Of a DNA stretch of 64,000 nucleotides, positions 49,132 to 58,466 are shown piece after piece. Both the position numbers and the translations under genes were made by a program. Source of the DNA: an uncultured Candidatus Saccharibacteria bacterium (GTDB lineage Bacteria > Patescibacteriota > Minisyncoccia > Phycocordibacterales > CSBR16-119). Position 1 is the stretch's first letter; every line of letters starts with the position of its first letter. Where the stretch lies: contig CAZPVH010000003.1 of the NCBI GenBank assembly GCA_964589975.1, forward strand, positions 5,608 to 69,607, read 5' to 3'. The notes beneath the pieces are model-generated. The model had not been told where the DNA came from and made no database searches. It was given only the letters and a program-made list of their open reading frames with translations.

Positions 49132-49551
49132 TCATTCCTTCAAGGCTATCAAGAGAGCCTTCAAGCGAGCTTCGATATTCTTACCAGCCTGACTCTCTCT
49201 GACCTTCTCATATTCACTATCCATGCCTCCATCAGCCGTCTCAATGAAGTGACCGACAGTGCCTCGGTTTCTTCCATAGATCCCCGCGGCCGTTTCTTTA
49301 ACACTCGCCACATTCCCCAGAGCTTCCAGTATGTCGAGAGTCGAAACCATGAGGAACCCTCGGAACGTCGCCAATTCCTTCGTCTTACTCGGACTGAAAA
49401 CATCTTCTGGCCTAATGCCGAGCGACTCGCCTTCTTTGATGCAAGCAATAGCCGTATCAGCAAACAAAGCCTCTGGACTTCCCGGCGGATAGTAGTGGCC
49501 AAGAGTCTTTTGGGTATAATCCCAGATCTTTACGCCTTTGAAATTGAGCAT
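49132..49551 (-). CDS. Orphan protein
   Basis: TTGACA-16-TAGACT, leader AAAAACCAACAAAAA, hairpin 49108-49131. Confidence 0.65.
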   Translation of the reverse strand: MLNFKGVKIWDYTQKTLGHYYPPGSPEALFADTAIACIKEGESLGIRPEDVFSPSKTKELATFRGFLMVSTLDILEALGNVASVKETAAGIYGRNRGTVGHFIETADGGMDSEYEKVRESQAGKNIEARLKALLIALKE

Positions 49552-49744
49552 TTTTTGTTGGTTTTTGATAAGTCTACTCAGATCGTAGCTTTTGTCAAAA
49601 GGAATTCCGGAGGATTAAAATCGTAATTTAGGGCTTGAAACTCCTAGTAAACCTATATAAATAAGGCTCTTTGGCCTTGACATTTTGGTCATTTAGTGCT
49701 ACTATATATAGGAAAACTGAACATAACACAACTGCATACAAAAC

Positions 49745-51355
49745 ATGGAAACTACCACCACCACCGAAGGCGCTGAGGCGCCCAAGAAGCCTCGCGGAGA
49801 AAAGATGAGAAGGTTTGGGCAGAACTTGGCCGAATTTGCCAAGCAAAGTCCAGGCTGGATCGCCTCGTTCTTCTCGGTTTTCTTGAACTTCATGATGACG
49901 CTGTTCACTTGGGTAGCCGGCTGTGACCTGGCTGTGATCGGCACGATGCCGACTGGCGAGATCAACAAGAAGGCTGCTATCGGCCTCACCATGCTGTTCA
50001 CGATCGCTGTGGCAGCGTTCGCTGCCGGAAATGCCGGGGCGATATTCCTCTCTCCAGGCCTCGTGATACCCTTCGCCATATTGTGGGCCGGCGTGATCTT
50101 CTCTATCGATCGCGCCATCATCGTCTTCATGGACACCAAACAGGCTCATGCGGCTGCGAATGGCAATGGCACAAGCAATTGGAGCAAGTGGAGCGCCATC
50201 GGTGGTCGCTTTGTAATCATCTTCTGCATGAGCTATCTAACCTCGACAGCTGTCGAGATGCTCATCTTCGAGAAAGAGATCGAAGGCGTCATTTCTGAGA
50301 AGCGAGACAAGCAATCGGAAAAAGTCCGCAATGAATCGGACTCTCTCCGAAACGTTCTCTCTGCAGAAAAAGCAACGATAAACGAAACGCTGAGTGGCAA
50401 ACGTGGCGAACTCGCAAGCTATGCATCGACCCTCGACGCTGAGATCAACGCTCTGCGCCAGAATATCCAGGCCGAACAGGACACCCTCAGACTTGAGATC
50501 CAAGGCCGAGTAGGTTCAGGAAAACAAGGTGCGGGACCTGCCGCGGAAGCAATCAGGGCAAACATCTCGGCAGACGAAGCTGAGTTGGCTGAGCTCATCG
50601 CAAAACGCGGTGCTCTGATCGCAGGATCAGTTGCTCAAAGCGAAGTGAAAGCGAACGAAGAGTTCGCCGATAACCGCTTCAAGGAACTCGACGAACGGCG
50701 CAAAATAATCGATGAAGACGAGACGAGGAAACTCGCCGAGGTTACAACGGTGGTTGGTGATGGCTTCAAAGATCGCTACCTGGCCCTGCAAAGGCTTTGG
50801 AGCGATACACCATTCCTGATGTTTATGGTGTTTCTGCTTCTCATGATCATCGAATCGATGCCAATCCTCTTGAAGCTATTCTCCGGAATCGGCCGATATG
50901 AGGAAGGTCTGGCGCAACAATACGCCCAGCACAAAGCCGACAAGATGAACGCCGTGGCCATGAAGTTAACTGAGAACCAGCTAACTCACGAAAACGGAAT
51001 GCTTGCCATAACCAAGAAACTAAATGAAGTAAGGCAGCAGAACACGGAGCTCATGACCGAACATGCCCGCATCGCGACACAGCGCGAAACTGAGCTCGCT
51101 GAAGCTGAAAAGGCCCGGAGAGCAAACGCCTCGACCGCAAGCCTAGACGAGTTCGATTCTGAGCTCGAGCTGATGGATAAGAAATTGAGCAAAGCCGCTG
51201 CCTTCGTTAAGAAAGCAGATATAACCTTGGTAATTGATGAAACCTCTAATTCTCCGGAATCAAGATGGACCATCAAGGCTATCAAGGAAAGGTTCTTCGA
51301 TGCCATCAAACTGAAGGCTACAAAAGCCACAGAGGTGGCTGAGGAAGAAGCCTAA
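49745..51355 (+). CDS. DUF4407-like membrane/coiled-coil protein
   Basis: LWAGVIFSIDRAII, GSGKQGAGP, IESMPILLKL, long coiled coils; family from recall. Confidence 0.75.
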   Translation: METTTTTEGAEAPKKPRGEKMRRFGQNLAEFAKQSPGWIASFFSVFLNFMMTLFTWVAGCDLAVIGTMPTGEINKKAAIGLTMLFTIAVAAFAAGNAGAIFLSPGLVIPFAILWAGVIFSIDRAIIVFMDTKQAHAAANGNGTSNWSKWSAIGGRFVIIFCMSYLTSTAVEMLIFEKEIEGVISEKRDKQSEKVRNESDSLRNVLSAEKATINETLSGKRGELASYASTLDAEINALRQNIQAEQDTLRLEIQGRVGSGKQGAGPAAEAIRANISADEAELAELIAKRGALIAGSVAQSEVKANEEFADNRFKELDERRKIIDEDETRKLAEVTTVVGDGFKDRYLALQRLWSDTPFLMFMVFLLLMIIESMPILLKLFSGIGRYEEGLAQQYAQHKADKMNAVAMKLTENQLTHENGMLAITKKLNEVRQQNTELMTEHARIATQRETELAEAEKARRANASTASLDEFDSELELMDKKLSKAAAFVKKADITLVIDETSNSPESRWTIKAIKERFFDAIKLKATKATEVAEEEA

Positions 51356-51370
51356 CCATGTACAGTATGC

Positions 51371-51402
51371 AAAAAGGGCCCCCGTTAGCGGGGGCCCTTT
51401 TT
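51371..51402. terminator. Bidirectional terminator
   Basis: AAAAAGGGCCCCCG-ttag-CGGGGGCCCTTTTT. Confidence 0.9.
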
Positions 51403-51410
51403 CGTTCATG

Positions 51411-52676
51411 TTAGACAAATTTTTCCGGCACTTTGAATCTCTTGGCGAGCTTCACTATCTCAGCTTTTGCCATAGCCAAAGTTTTCTTGTCATCCTTATT
51501 TCTGAGAACCTCGATCATGATCTCCGCCACGCGCGCGCAGTCTTTTTCTTTGAAGCCACGAGTCGTGATGGCCGGCGTGCCGAAGCGAATACCGGATGGA
51601 TCCATGGGCTTTCTGACATCGTCGGCTATGGCGTTCATATTGAGGGTGATCCCGACAGTGTCGAGAGTCGTCTGCGCTTCCTTCCCTGTTACGCCAAGCG
51701 AGCCGAAAACGTCCGCGAGTATCAAATGGTTATCGGTCCCTCCGGCAATCATGCGGATCTCCTCGCGCTTAAAAACTTTCTCCATGGCCTTGGCGTTTTT
51801 GAGAACTTGTTTGGCGTATTTTTTAAAAGATGGCTTGAGAGCTTCGCCGAAAGCAACTGCTTTGGCCGCAATGACGTTCATGTGCGGTCCGCCTTGGAGA
51901 CCAGGGAAAATAGCTTTATTTATTTTCTGAATAATTTCCTCGTTCTCTCGGACCAGGATCATACCGCCACGTGGACCACGGAGAGTCTTGTGAGTTGTTG
52001 TTGTAATAACATCAAACCCGGCGTCAAAAGGATTAGGTAGCGCGCCGCCGGCAATAAGGCCAGCGATGTGAGCCATATCAGCCACGGTGATAGCTCCAAC
52101 TTCGCGGGCAATAGAGACAAATTTCTTGTAATCAAGATTACGAGGGTACGCAGAAAATCCAGCCAAGATTATCTTCGGCCTCTCCTTTAGAGCAACTTTC
52201 CGGAGCTCAGCGTAATCAATCTCGCCCGTCTCAATATTTTTCATCTTGTATCTAACAAATCGAAAAACCTTGGCCGGGAATGTTACAGGATGCCCGTGCG
52301 TGAGATGTCCGCCGTGAGATAGATCCATGCCGAGCACAGTGTCTCCTGGCTCAAGGAGGGCCGCGTAGACAGCCATATTCGCCGGCGCGCCGGAGAGCGG
52401 CTGGACGTTTGCATATTTGCACTTGAACAATTTACAGGCGCGGGCAATGGCCAGATTCTCTATTTGGTCCGTAAATTCCTGGCCGCCATAATATCGCCGG
52501 CCGGGGTAGCCTTCGGAATACTTATTCGTAAAGACGGAGCCGTTTGCTTCTCTGACCGCGAGCGACACATAATTCTCGGATGGAATAAGCTCCAGGCCTT
52601 CGGCCTCTCGCTTCTCCTCGCCCGCTATAGCGCGAGCTACATCTTTATCTTGTTTTTTTATGAAATATTTTTTCAT
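51411..52676 (-). CDS. glyA: Serine hydroxymethyltransferase
   Basis: LIPSENY, NKYSEGYPGRRYYGG, TTTTHKTLRGPRGG. Confidence 0.98.
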   Translation of the reverse strand: MKKYFIKKQDKDVARAIAGEEKREAEGLELIPSENYVSLAVREANGSVFTNKYSEGYPGRRYYGGQEFTDQIENLAIARACKLFKCKYANVQPLSGAPANMAVYAALLEPGDTVLGMDLSHGGHLTHGHPVTFPAKVFRFVRYKMKNIETGEIDYAELRKVALKERPKIILAGFSAYPRNLDYKKFVSIAREVGAITVADMAHIAGLIAGGALPNPFDAGFDVITTTTHKTLRGPRGGMILVRENEEIIQKINKAIFPGLQGGPHMNVIAAKAVAFGEALKPSFKKYAKQVLKNAKAMEKVFKREEIRMIAGGTDNHLILADVFGSLGVTGKEAQTTLDTVGITLNMNAIADDVRKPMDPSGIRFGTPAITTRGFKEKDCARVAEIMIEVLRNKDDKKTLAMAKAEIVKLAKRFKVPEKFV

Positions 52677-52678
52677 GT

Positions 52679-53104
52679 CTATTTATCTCCTGTCGAACCG
52701 AAGCCACCGATGCCCCTGACAGTATCGGTTATTTCCTGAGTCTCGATCAAATTGCAATCTTCGAACTTCTGAACAAGCATCTGAGAAACCTTTGTGCCGG
52801 CTTCGACGATCTGCTCCTTATCCGAAGTATTATACAGGGACAGCATTACTTCGCCACGGTAGCCGGAATCAATAACCCCGCCCATGACTTTCAGGCCCTT
52901 TTGGAAAGAAATACTCGACTTGTCCCAAAAAAGCCCGACATATCCGTCCGGAATCTCGACAGCGATGCCGGTTCGAATGCTTCTTTGGCTTTGCGGCAAG
53001 AGTCGCACGGTTTCGAGAGCGAAGAAATCTATTCCCGCGTCACCCGGATTTCCCTTTTTGGGAGGCTTCGCGCCAGATTCTAAAATTTTAAATCGTAGTT
53101 CCAT
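52679..53104 (-). CDS. dut: dUTP pyrophosphatase
   Basis: DAGIDF, GVIDSGYRGE, RGIGGFGSTG. Confidence 0.95.
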   Translation of the reverse strand: MELRFKILESGAKPPKKGNPGDAGIDFFALETVRLLPQSQRSIRTGIAVEIPDGYVGLFWDKSSISFQKGLKVMGGVIDSGYRGEVMLSLYNTSDKEQIVEAGTKVSQMLVQKFEDCNLIETQEITDTVRGIGGFGSTGDK

Positions 53105-53107
53105 AAA

Positions 53108-53803
53108 TTATTTTGTCTTTAGTTTCTTCATCACATATTCGAACACATCTTCATGAATAGATTCGATTGACCTCATGCGCCGGCCATCCGTACAACCGAT
53201 CCGATGAAAGGTCTTATCGATCTTTGAGAGCCAAAGCGCCGTAGCTCGAGTGCGAGTCAGGTGGGCAGTATCGGCCTCAGCCACATCCTGCTTGCCCTTG
53301 GCGTACTTCTTCTTGGCTTTAGCCCACTTGTCGGCTAGAAGCTTTTGGCTTACTGGAACTGGCACATCCAGAAAGACAATTATGTCCGGACGCGGGATGC
53401 CGAAGACCTGATGCTCCATTGTATCGAGCCAAGAAAGCAGCGCTTGGCGCTTCGCATGGCTCTTGATCTTCGAGCCTTGATGGATCTTGCTAGAGCTCGC
53501 GTAGCGATCACACACGACCGTATATTCCTTCTTAAGCCAATCCTCTAAAACCTTTTTCGACTCAAACCTATCCGCGGCATATATGACCGAAGCGATCTTC
53601 GGATGGATATTCATAAAGTCGTAGTAACGCTCCGTGAGGCAGTGTCCGATAAACTTGCCAAAGAAATTATCTTCATAGCGTGGGAAGTCGATTGAAACAG
53701 CCTTCTTCCCCTCTTTTCGGAGACGTTCAATGAGGATTTTAGCCTGGGTAGCTTTGCCGGAACCGTCAGTACCGTCAATGACGATGAGTTTGCCTCTTTT
53801 CAT
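53108..53803 (-). CDS. tmk: Thymidylate kinase
   Basis: VIDGTDGSGKATQ, DFPRY, CDRY..S...HQ. Confidence 0.92.
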   Translation of the reverse strand: MKRGKLIVIDGTDGSGKATQAKILIERLRKEGKKAVSIDFPRYEDNFFGKFIGHCLTERYYDFMNIHPKIASVIYAADRFESKKVLEDWLKKEYTVVCDRYASSSKIHQGSKIKSHAKRQALLSWLDTMEHQVFGIPRPDIIVFLDVPVPVSQKLLADKWAKAKKKYAKGKQDVAEADTAHLTRTRATALWLSKIDKTFHRIGCTDGRRMRSIESIHEDVFEYVMKKLKTK

Positions 53804-53904
53804 GCATGGATTGTAACACAGCCCGAGGATTGACGAATTTACTTAAAAAATGCCAAACCCGGGCCTGATTCCAAGGTGGCCTGAAGTCCGATATAATGAG
53901 CGGT

Positions 53905-54753
53905 ATGAAAAACTACCAGGACCTCATGAAGAAAATCATGGACCAGGGTGTCGATCGTGAAGGACGAAACGGCAAGACTCGCGGACTTTTTACCGAGCAG
54001 CTTCGTTTCGATCTTACTGAAGGCTTCCCGGCCATGACGACCAAAAAATTAGCTTTCCGATCAGCTGCGGCGGAACTTTTCTGGTTTATGTCCGGATATT
54101 CGGATAACAATGAGCTCACACGACTCGGCTGCAATATCTGGACAGAGAATGCCGAAGCTCCCTACTGGAAGCCAAAGGCGAAATTCGATGGCGACCTGGG
54201 CCGGATCTACGGCGTGCAGTGGCGCGACTGGATAAATTCCGAGGGCAAGCACTTCGATCAGCTCCAAAGCATTATCGACCGCCTTCGGACAGACCCGAGC
54301 GACCGCCGCCTAATCGTGACCGCCTGGAATCCGGGCGAGCTCGACCAGATGGCCCTGCCGCCATGCCACATGATGTTCCAGTTCTTTGTGGCAAACGGCA
54401 AGCTCTCGCTCCACATGTTCCAAAGAAGTTGCGACATGTTCCTAGGAGTACCGTTTAACATCGCTTCCTACGCCCTCATGCTTTCCCTGGTGGCCCAGAT
54501 GACGAATCTGGTTCACGGAGAACTCATCCTAACTCTCGGCGACGCGCATATTTACCACGATCATTTTGACGCCGTTAAAGAGCAGCTTGAGAGGACGCCT
54601 TATGCCTTGCCGAAGCTTTGGATCAATCCGAGCATCAAGACGCTGGAGGATCTTGATACGAAAAAGATAAAGGATCCGGACGGAGTATATGAATTAGTGA
54701 AGCTTGTCGATTATCAGTCTCATCCCGCTATAAAGGCGAAGATGGCAGTTTAA
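53905..54753 (+). CDS. thyA: Thymidylate synthase
   Basis: ELFWF, LPPCH, QRSCDMFLGVPFN, DAHIY; start placed 7 nt after TATAAT. Confidence 0.97.
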   Translation: MKNYQDLMKKIMDQGVDREGRNGKTRGLFTEQLRFDLTEGFPAMTTKKLAFRSAAAELFWFMSGYSDNNELTRLGCNIWTENAEAPYWKPKAKFDGDLGRIYGVQWRDWINSEGKHFDQLQSIIDRLRTDPSDRRLIVTAWNPGELDQMALPPCHMMFQFFVANGKLSLHMFQRSCDMFLGVPFNIASYALMLSLVAQMTNLVHGELILTLGDAHIYHDHFDAVKEQLERTPYALPKLWINPSIKTLEDLDTKKIKDPDGVYELVKLVDYQSHPAIKAKMAV

Positions 54754-54760
54754 GAAAATT

Positions 54761-55444
54761 ATGGCGCTATCAGACAAAAGGATATTGGAAGAAATGAAGA
54801 AGGGCGATATCATCATCGACCCGTTTATCAGAAAGAATCTCGCGACTTCGAGCTATGACCTCACGCTCGGCGAATTCTATTTCCGCGAGCAGCCACCAAA
54901 GTACAACCACAATCTCTTTAACATCTGGAACCAAGAGCACGTTGAACATGTCTGGGGCAAGAAGGCCTTTAAGGCCGAAAAAGCGAGCGAGGTATTCAAG
55001 AAATATAACTTCAATTACGTCGGCATAGACCGGAACGACAGAGTGATCCTGATCCGACCTGGAGAAACGATTTTGGCCCACACAAACGAGTTTATCGGTG
55101 GCAAGAATCATATCACAACCATGATGAAAGCCCGCTCATCCATGGGCCGAAGCTTCATAGAGGTTTGTAAGTGCGCAGGCTGGGGCGATGTAGGCTATGT
55201 GAACCGATGGACAATGGAAATTACGAACAATTCAAAAAATTACGCCATCCCCCTCGTTGTCGGCCGCCGCATTGCCCAACTCGTTTTCTTCGAGACCGGA
55301 CCGATCCTTGATCGCGACTATACCAAGGCCGGAAAATACTCGACTTCAACTGATCTAAAGGTCTTGAAGAAAAAATGGAAACCAAGCGATATGATCCCAC
55401 GGCTTTACAAAGACGCGAATGGAGAGAAGAAGAAAAAGAAATGA
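54761..55444 (+). CDS. dcd: dCTP deaminase
   Basis: LSDKRI, SYDLTLG, ARSSMGR, GDVGY...TMEI, IAQLVF. Confidence 0.88.
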   Translation: MALSDKRILEEMKKGDIIIDPFIRKNLATSSYDLTLGEFYFREQPPKYNHNLFNIWNQEHVEHVWGKKAFKAEKASEVFKKYNFNYVGIDRNDRVILIRPGETILAHTNEFIGGKNHITTMMKARSSMGRSFIEVCKCAGWGDVGYVNRWTMEITNNSKNYAIPLVVGRRIAQLVFFETGPILDRDYTKAGKYSTSTDLKVLKKKWKPSDMIPRLYKDANGEKKKKK

Positions 55445-55932
55445 TTTCCATTATTTCTTCCATTCAGATGAGCGACCGAGGCCTCGGCTACGAGAACGAC
55501 CTCCTTTTCAAGATCCCGGAAGACCTCAAGCGCTTCCGCGATCTGACCATAGGACATCCGGTCATCATGGGTCGACGAACCTGGGAATCCCTACCACTAA
55601 AATTCCGCCCGCTCCCCGGAAGAACGAATATAGTCATTACATCAAAAGACTTAAGTGCTAGCCCGGAAGTCATCGTCTGCAAAAACGTTGAAGACGCCGT
55701 GAGTGAAGCTAAAAAGCTCGATAAAGATTTCGCCATCATCGGCGGCGCCATGGTTTTCAATAAGACGCTTCCCTATACCAACAGGCTCCTTCTAACTGAA
55801 ATAGAGGGTAACAAGACATCCGACACCTTTTTCCCGGAATTCAAAAATGATTTCGTGCTAGAAAATTCCGCCGGACCATTTGAGACAGCTGAAGGAATAA
55901 AATACTGGTTCAACGACTACAAAAGAAAATAA
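55441..55932 (+). CDS. folA: Dihydrofolate reductase
   Basis: PEDLKRF, VIMGRRTWES, RPLPGRTNIV, IIGGA, DTFFP; ATGA overlap with dcd. Confidence 0.95.
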   Translation: MISIISSIQMSDRGLGYENDLLFKIPEDLKRFRDLTIGHPVIMGRRTWESLPLKFRPLPGRTNIVITSKDLSASPEVIVCKNVEDAVSEAKKLDKDFAIIGGAMVFNKTLPYTNRLLLTEIEGNKTSDTFFPEFKNDFVLENSAGPFETAEGIKYWFNDYKRK

Positions 55933-55954
55933 TTCCCTTTCTCTCCCTCTCCTC

Positions 55955-56044
55955 AGCAAAAGAAAAAACACATTTCCGAATCCCGAGGACCTAGTGACGT
56001 TGTCACGATCCCGCAGGGTGAGGAAATGTGTTTTTTCTTTTGCT
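55955..56044. repeat. Structured palindromic element, copy C
   Basis: 23-bp perfect arms around ATCCC-GAGGACCTA-GTGACGTTGTCAC-GATCCCGCA-GGGT. Confidence 0.9.
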
Positions 56045-56046
56045 TC

Positions 56047-56478
56047 CTACTTCACCTCTATGCCCATCGATCGGCATTGCCCTTCAACAATCTTCATGGC
56101 GGCTTCGATAGTGTTTGCTGAGAGATCCTTCATCTTTAGAGTCGCGATTTCTTCAACCTTGGCCCTACTAATCGTTCCAGCCTTCTTTGTGGCGTTTTTT
56201 GATGATCCCTTGTCGATCCCAGCGGCCTTGAGGATTAAGGGGCCAGTAAGTGGGGTTTTGGTATCGAATTCGTAGGTCCTATCCTCGAATACACGAAGTT
56301 TGACTGAAACCTTGCCCTGACCGATCATATCCTTTGTTCGATCGTTGAATTCTGTAACGAAAACACCAATAGGAATACCAGCCTGACCGATGGTAGGACC
56401 AATAGGCGGAGCTGGCGTTGCGCGCCCGGCTTCGATCTGCATTTTAACGTTTTTTACTACTTTCTTTTTGCTGGCCAT
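56047..56478 (-). CDS. rplK: 50S ribosomal protein L11
   Basis: AGRATPAPPIGP, FNDRT, RSMGIEV. Confidence 0.98.
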   Translation of the reverse strand: MASKKKVVKNVKMQIEAGRATPAPPIGPTIGQAGIPIGVFVTEFNDRTKDMIGQGKVSVKLRVFEDRTYEFDTKTPLTGPLILKAAGIDKGSSKNATKKAGTISRAKVEEIATLKMKDLSANTIEAAMKIVEGQCRSMGIEVK

Positions 56479-56496
56479 AATGGGTCTTAGATTAGC

Positions 56497-57045
56497 TTAA
56501 ATCTTCCTAACTTGCAAGAAGTCCAATTCTACCGGAGTTTCGCGCCCGAACATGGACACCAGGACATTCACTTTGCCCCTTTCAGTATCGACTGAGTTCA
56601 CCTTACCCTCTAAGTCCTTAAACGGGCCATCGACGATAGAAACTGTCTCACCTGGAATCATGTCTATCTCATGTTTCGCTCCATCATCCTTCTTCATGCG
56701 GCCGAGGAGCATGTTGATTTCAGCCGGAGAGACCGGGACGGGGTTAACGCCGGCGCCAACGAAGCCAGTCACGCGCGGAGTGTTTCGAACCACGTACCAA
56801 GAGTCGTCGTTAACAATCATGTCAACAAGCACGTAGCCAGGGTAGATCTTCTCTTCGACTTCGACGCGCTTTCCTCCTTTGATCTTGATATTCTTTTCTG
56901 TCGGAACTATAACGTCAAAAATCTTATCCTGCATACCAAGGCTGTCGATACGCTGCTTCAAATTTCTCTGAACAGCATTCTCATAGCCGGCATAGGTGTG
57001 GATAGCGTACCAGTTTCTTTCTTGTGGAAGTTCTTGCTTGGCCAT
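56497..57045 (-). CDS. nusG: Transcription factor NusG
   Basis: WYAIHTYAGYE, YPGYVLV, GPF, SMFGRETPVELDF. Confidence 0.98.
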   Translation of the reverse strand: MAKQELPQERNWYAIHTYAGYENAVQRNLKQRIDSLGMQDKIFDVIVPTEKNIKIKGGKRVEVEEKIYPGYVLVDMIVNDDSWYVVRNTPRVTGFVGAGVNPVPVSPAEINMLLGRMKKDDGAKHEIDMIPGETVSIVDGPFKDLEGKVNSVDTERGKVNVLVSMFGRETPVELDFLQVRKI

Positions 57046-57048
57046 ATG

Positions 57049-57231
57049 TTAGTTAATTAGGCTTTGTAATCCTTTAGCAAAGAGGACATCCAGGAGGCCG
57101 AGGTAGTAGGCTACAATGAGGGAAATGGCGAAAACAGCAATCGTGTAGCGGATTGTTTCTGCGCGAGTCGGCCACTTGATGTGCCTAGTCTCGCCGAGCG
57201 ACTCCTTTATGTATGTGAAAAATTTAGTCAT
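57049..57231 (-). CDS. secE: Preprotein translocase SecE
   Basis: E.RHIKWPTR, single TM, upstream of nusG. Confidence 0.93.
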   Translation of the reverse strand: MTKFFTYIKESLGETRHIKWPTRAETIRYTIAVFAISLIVAYYLGLLDVLFAKGLQSLIN

Positions 57232-57404
57232 ATATTTTGATTACTCCCCCCTTTAAAAAAACGCCCCGGAAGGCATGAATGAACAATACTCCTTCCAGGG
57301 ATAAAAGTCAAATGGCAGAATTTTTCCAAAATATGTGCAAAACTTTTATTGTTTCATGAAAGTTATGTGTACAATTATGTCATCGATAATCTATTTTTTA
57401 TTTT

Positions 57405-57680
57405 ATGGCAGAACAAGAAGAAACTAAAACAAAAAAAGTCGTGAAAAAGAAACCAGCAAAAAAAGCGTCTGCCCCAAAAGAGGACGCGAGTAAAAATATC
57501 CTTCACATTAAAAAGCATGATGGCAATTTCGGCTCGATCGGGAAAAGCGTCGGCACGGCCGCAGTCATCATGACCGCGCTCGTCATCACCATCGCCCCGG
57601 CTTCCGTCTGGATCCTAGGTCCAGTCATCGGTGCCATGGCCATATTCGGGATCGCTATGGGATACTTCGCATCGAAATAG
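57405..57680 (+). CDS. Small 2-TM membrane protein with Lys-rich N-terminus
   Basis: Clean ORF, terminator 57706-57740. Confidence 0.7.
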   Translation: MAEQEETKTKKVVKKKPAKKASAPKEDASKNILHIKKHDGNFGSIGKSVGTAAVIMTALVITIAPASVWILGPVIGAMAIFGIAMGYFASK

Positions 57681-57741
57681 CTGATAGCGTATAGCTTATA
57701 GAAAACGAAAAGCCCTGCGTGCGTGCACGCAGGGCTTTCGA

Positions 57742-58281
57742 TTACTTGTTCACTTTCTCATCCTCAGCCAACATTTCCATCTGATAGCCGGGACGAATGA
57801 TGACGCCCTGATCAAGTAGTGTCTTGGTGTCTATCCAGATCACTTTGTTCAGGAATTTGAACGGTAAGTTCACTCTATCCAATAGCTCGAGACTAAGCTC
57901 GCGCAGGATCTCTTTCGCATAGGCTTCATTGAGTCCGGATTCATCAGCAGTGGTATCCTCCTCATGTCTACCTTTGAATTGGAAGATTGACTCAAGAAGA
58001 TCGAGACCGGTCTTACCTTCAACAACCTTATCTGTACCTTTGTAATGCTCATTGCCTGGCACGTCTTCCTTGCGCAAACTATTAGGAACTGTCAGGGTGA
58101 AAAAAGCGCATTTGCCACTCGATTTCTCACGAATGCAGCATACGCCCTTCCAATAACTCAAGAGTGTGTGATAGCATGTACGCCCCCAATCATCTTGATA
58201 TTGTGACCCGTGATTCCACGAGTTATCCAAGAGTCCGACTTGAAATTCAAGGTTCAGAGTTATCCCTTCAAGGATCATCAT
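57742..58281 (-). CDS. Orphan protein
   Basis: TTGCAA-17-TAGATT, leader AAAGACAAACAACACCTACGCTC. Confidence 0.65.
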   Translation of the reverse strand: MMILEGITLNLEFQVGLLDNSWNHGSQYQDDWGRTCYHTLLSYWKGVCCIREKSSGKCAFFTLTVPNSLRKEDVPGNEHYKGTDKVVEGKTGLDLLESIFQFKGRHEEDTTADESGLNEAYAKEILRELSLELLDRVNLPFKFLNKVIWIDTKTLLDQGVIIRPGYQMEMLAEDEKVNK

Positions 58282-58339
58282 GAGCGTAGGTGTTGTTTGT
58301 CTTTAATCTACTCCTCCCCCGCTGCTTTTGCAAGCATGA

Positions 58340-58365
58340 GAAAATCCGCTTCACAGCGGATTTTC
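58340..58365. terminator. Terminator after fusA
   Basis: GAAAATCCGCT-tcac-AGCGGATTTTC. Confidence 0.8.
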
Positions 58366-58377
58366 CTCTTTCTCTAA

Positions 58378-58462
58378 GCGGAGCAAAATCTGAATTTTCT
58401 GAACCCGAGGACCTAGCAAAGCGATCCCGCAGCGGTGAAGAAAATTCAGATTTTGCGGAGCG
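58378..58462. repeat. Structured palindromic element, copy D
   Basis: 18-bp perfect arms around ACCC-GAGGACCTA-GCAAAGC-GATCCCGCA-GCGGT. Confidence 0.9.
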
Positions 58463-58466
58463 ACTT

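Noticed and set aside
51381-51388. CCCGTTAG motif
   Set aside because: Part of a terminator stem-loop with no matching CTAACGGG
57232-57404. tRNA upstream of secE
   Set aside because: No cloverleaf or T-loop GTTC motif seen
19915-58462. Four-copy element as CRISPR repeat, integron attC or simple terminator
   Set aside because: Copies are dispersed with no spacers or cas genes, lack RYYYAAC/GTTRRRY ends, and separate terminators follow three of them
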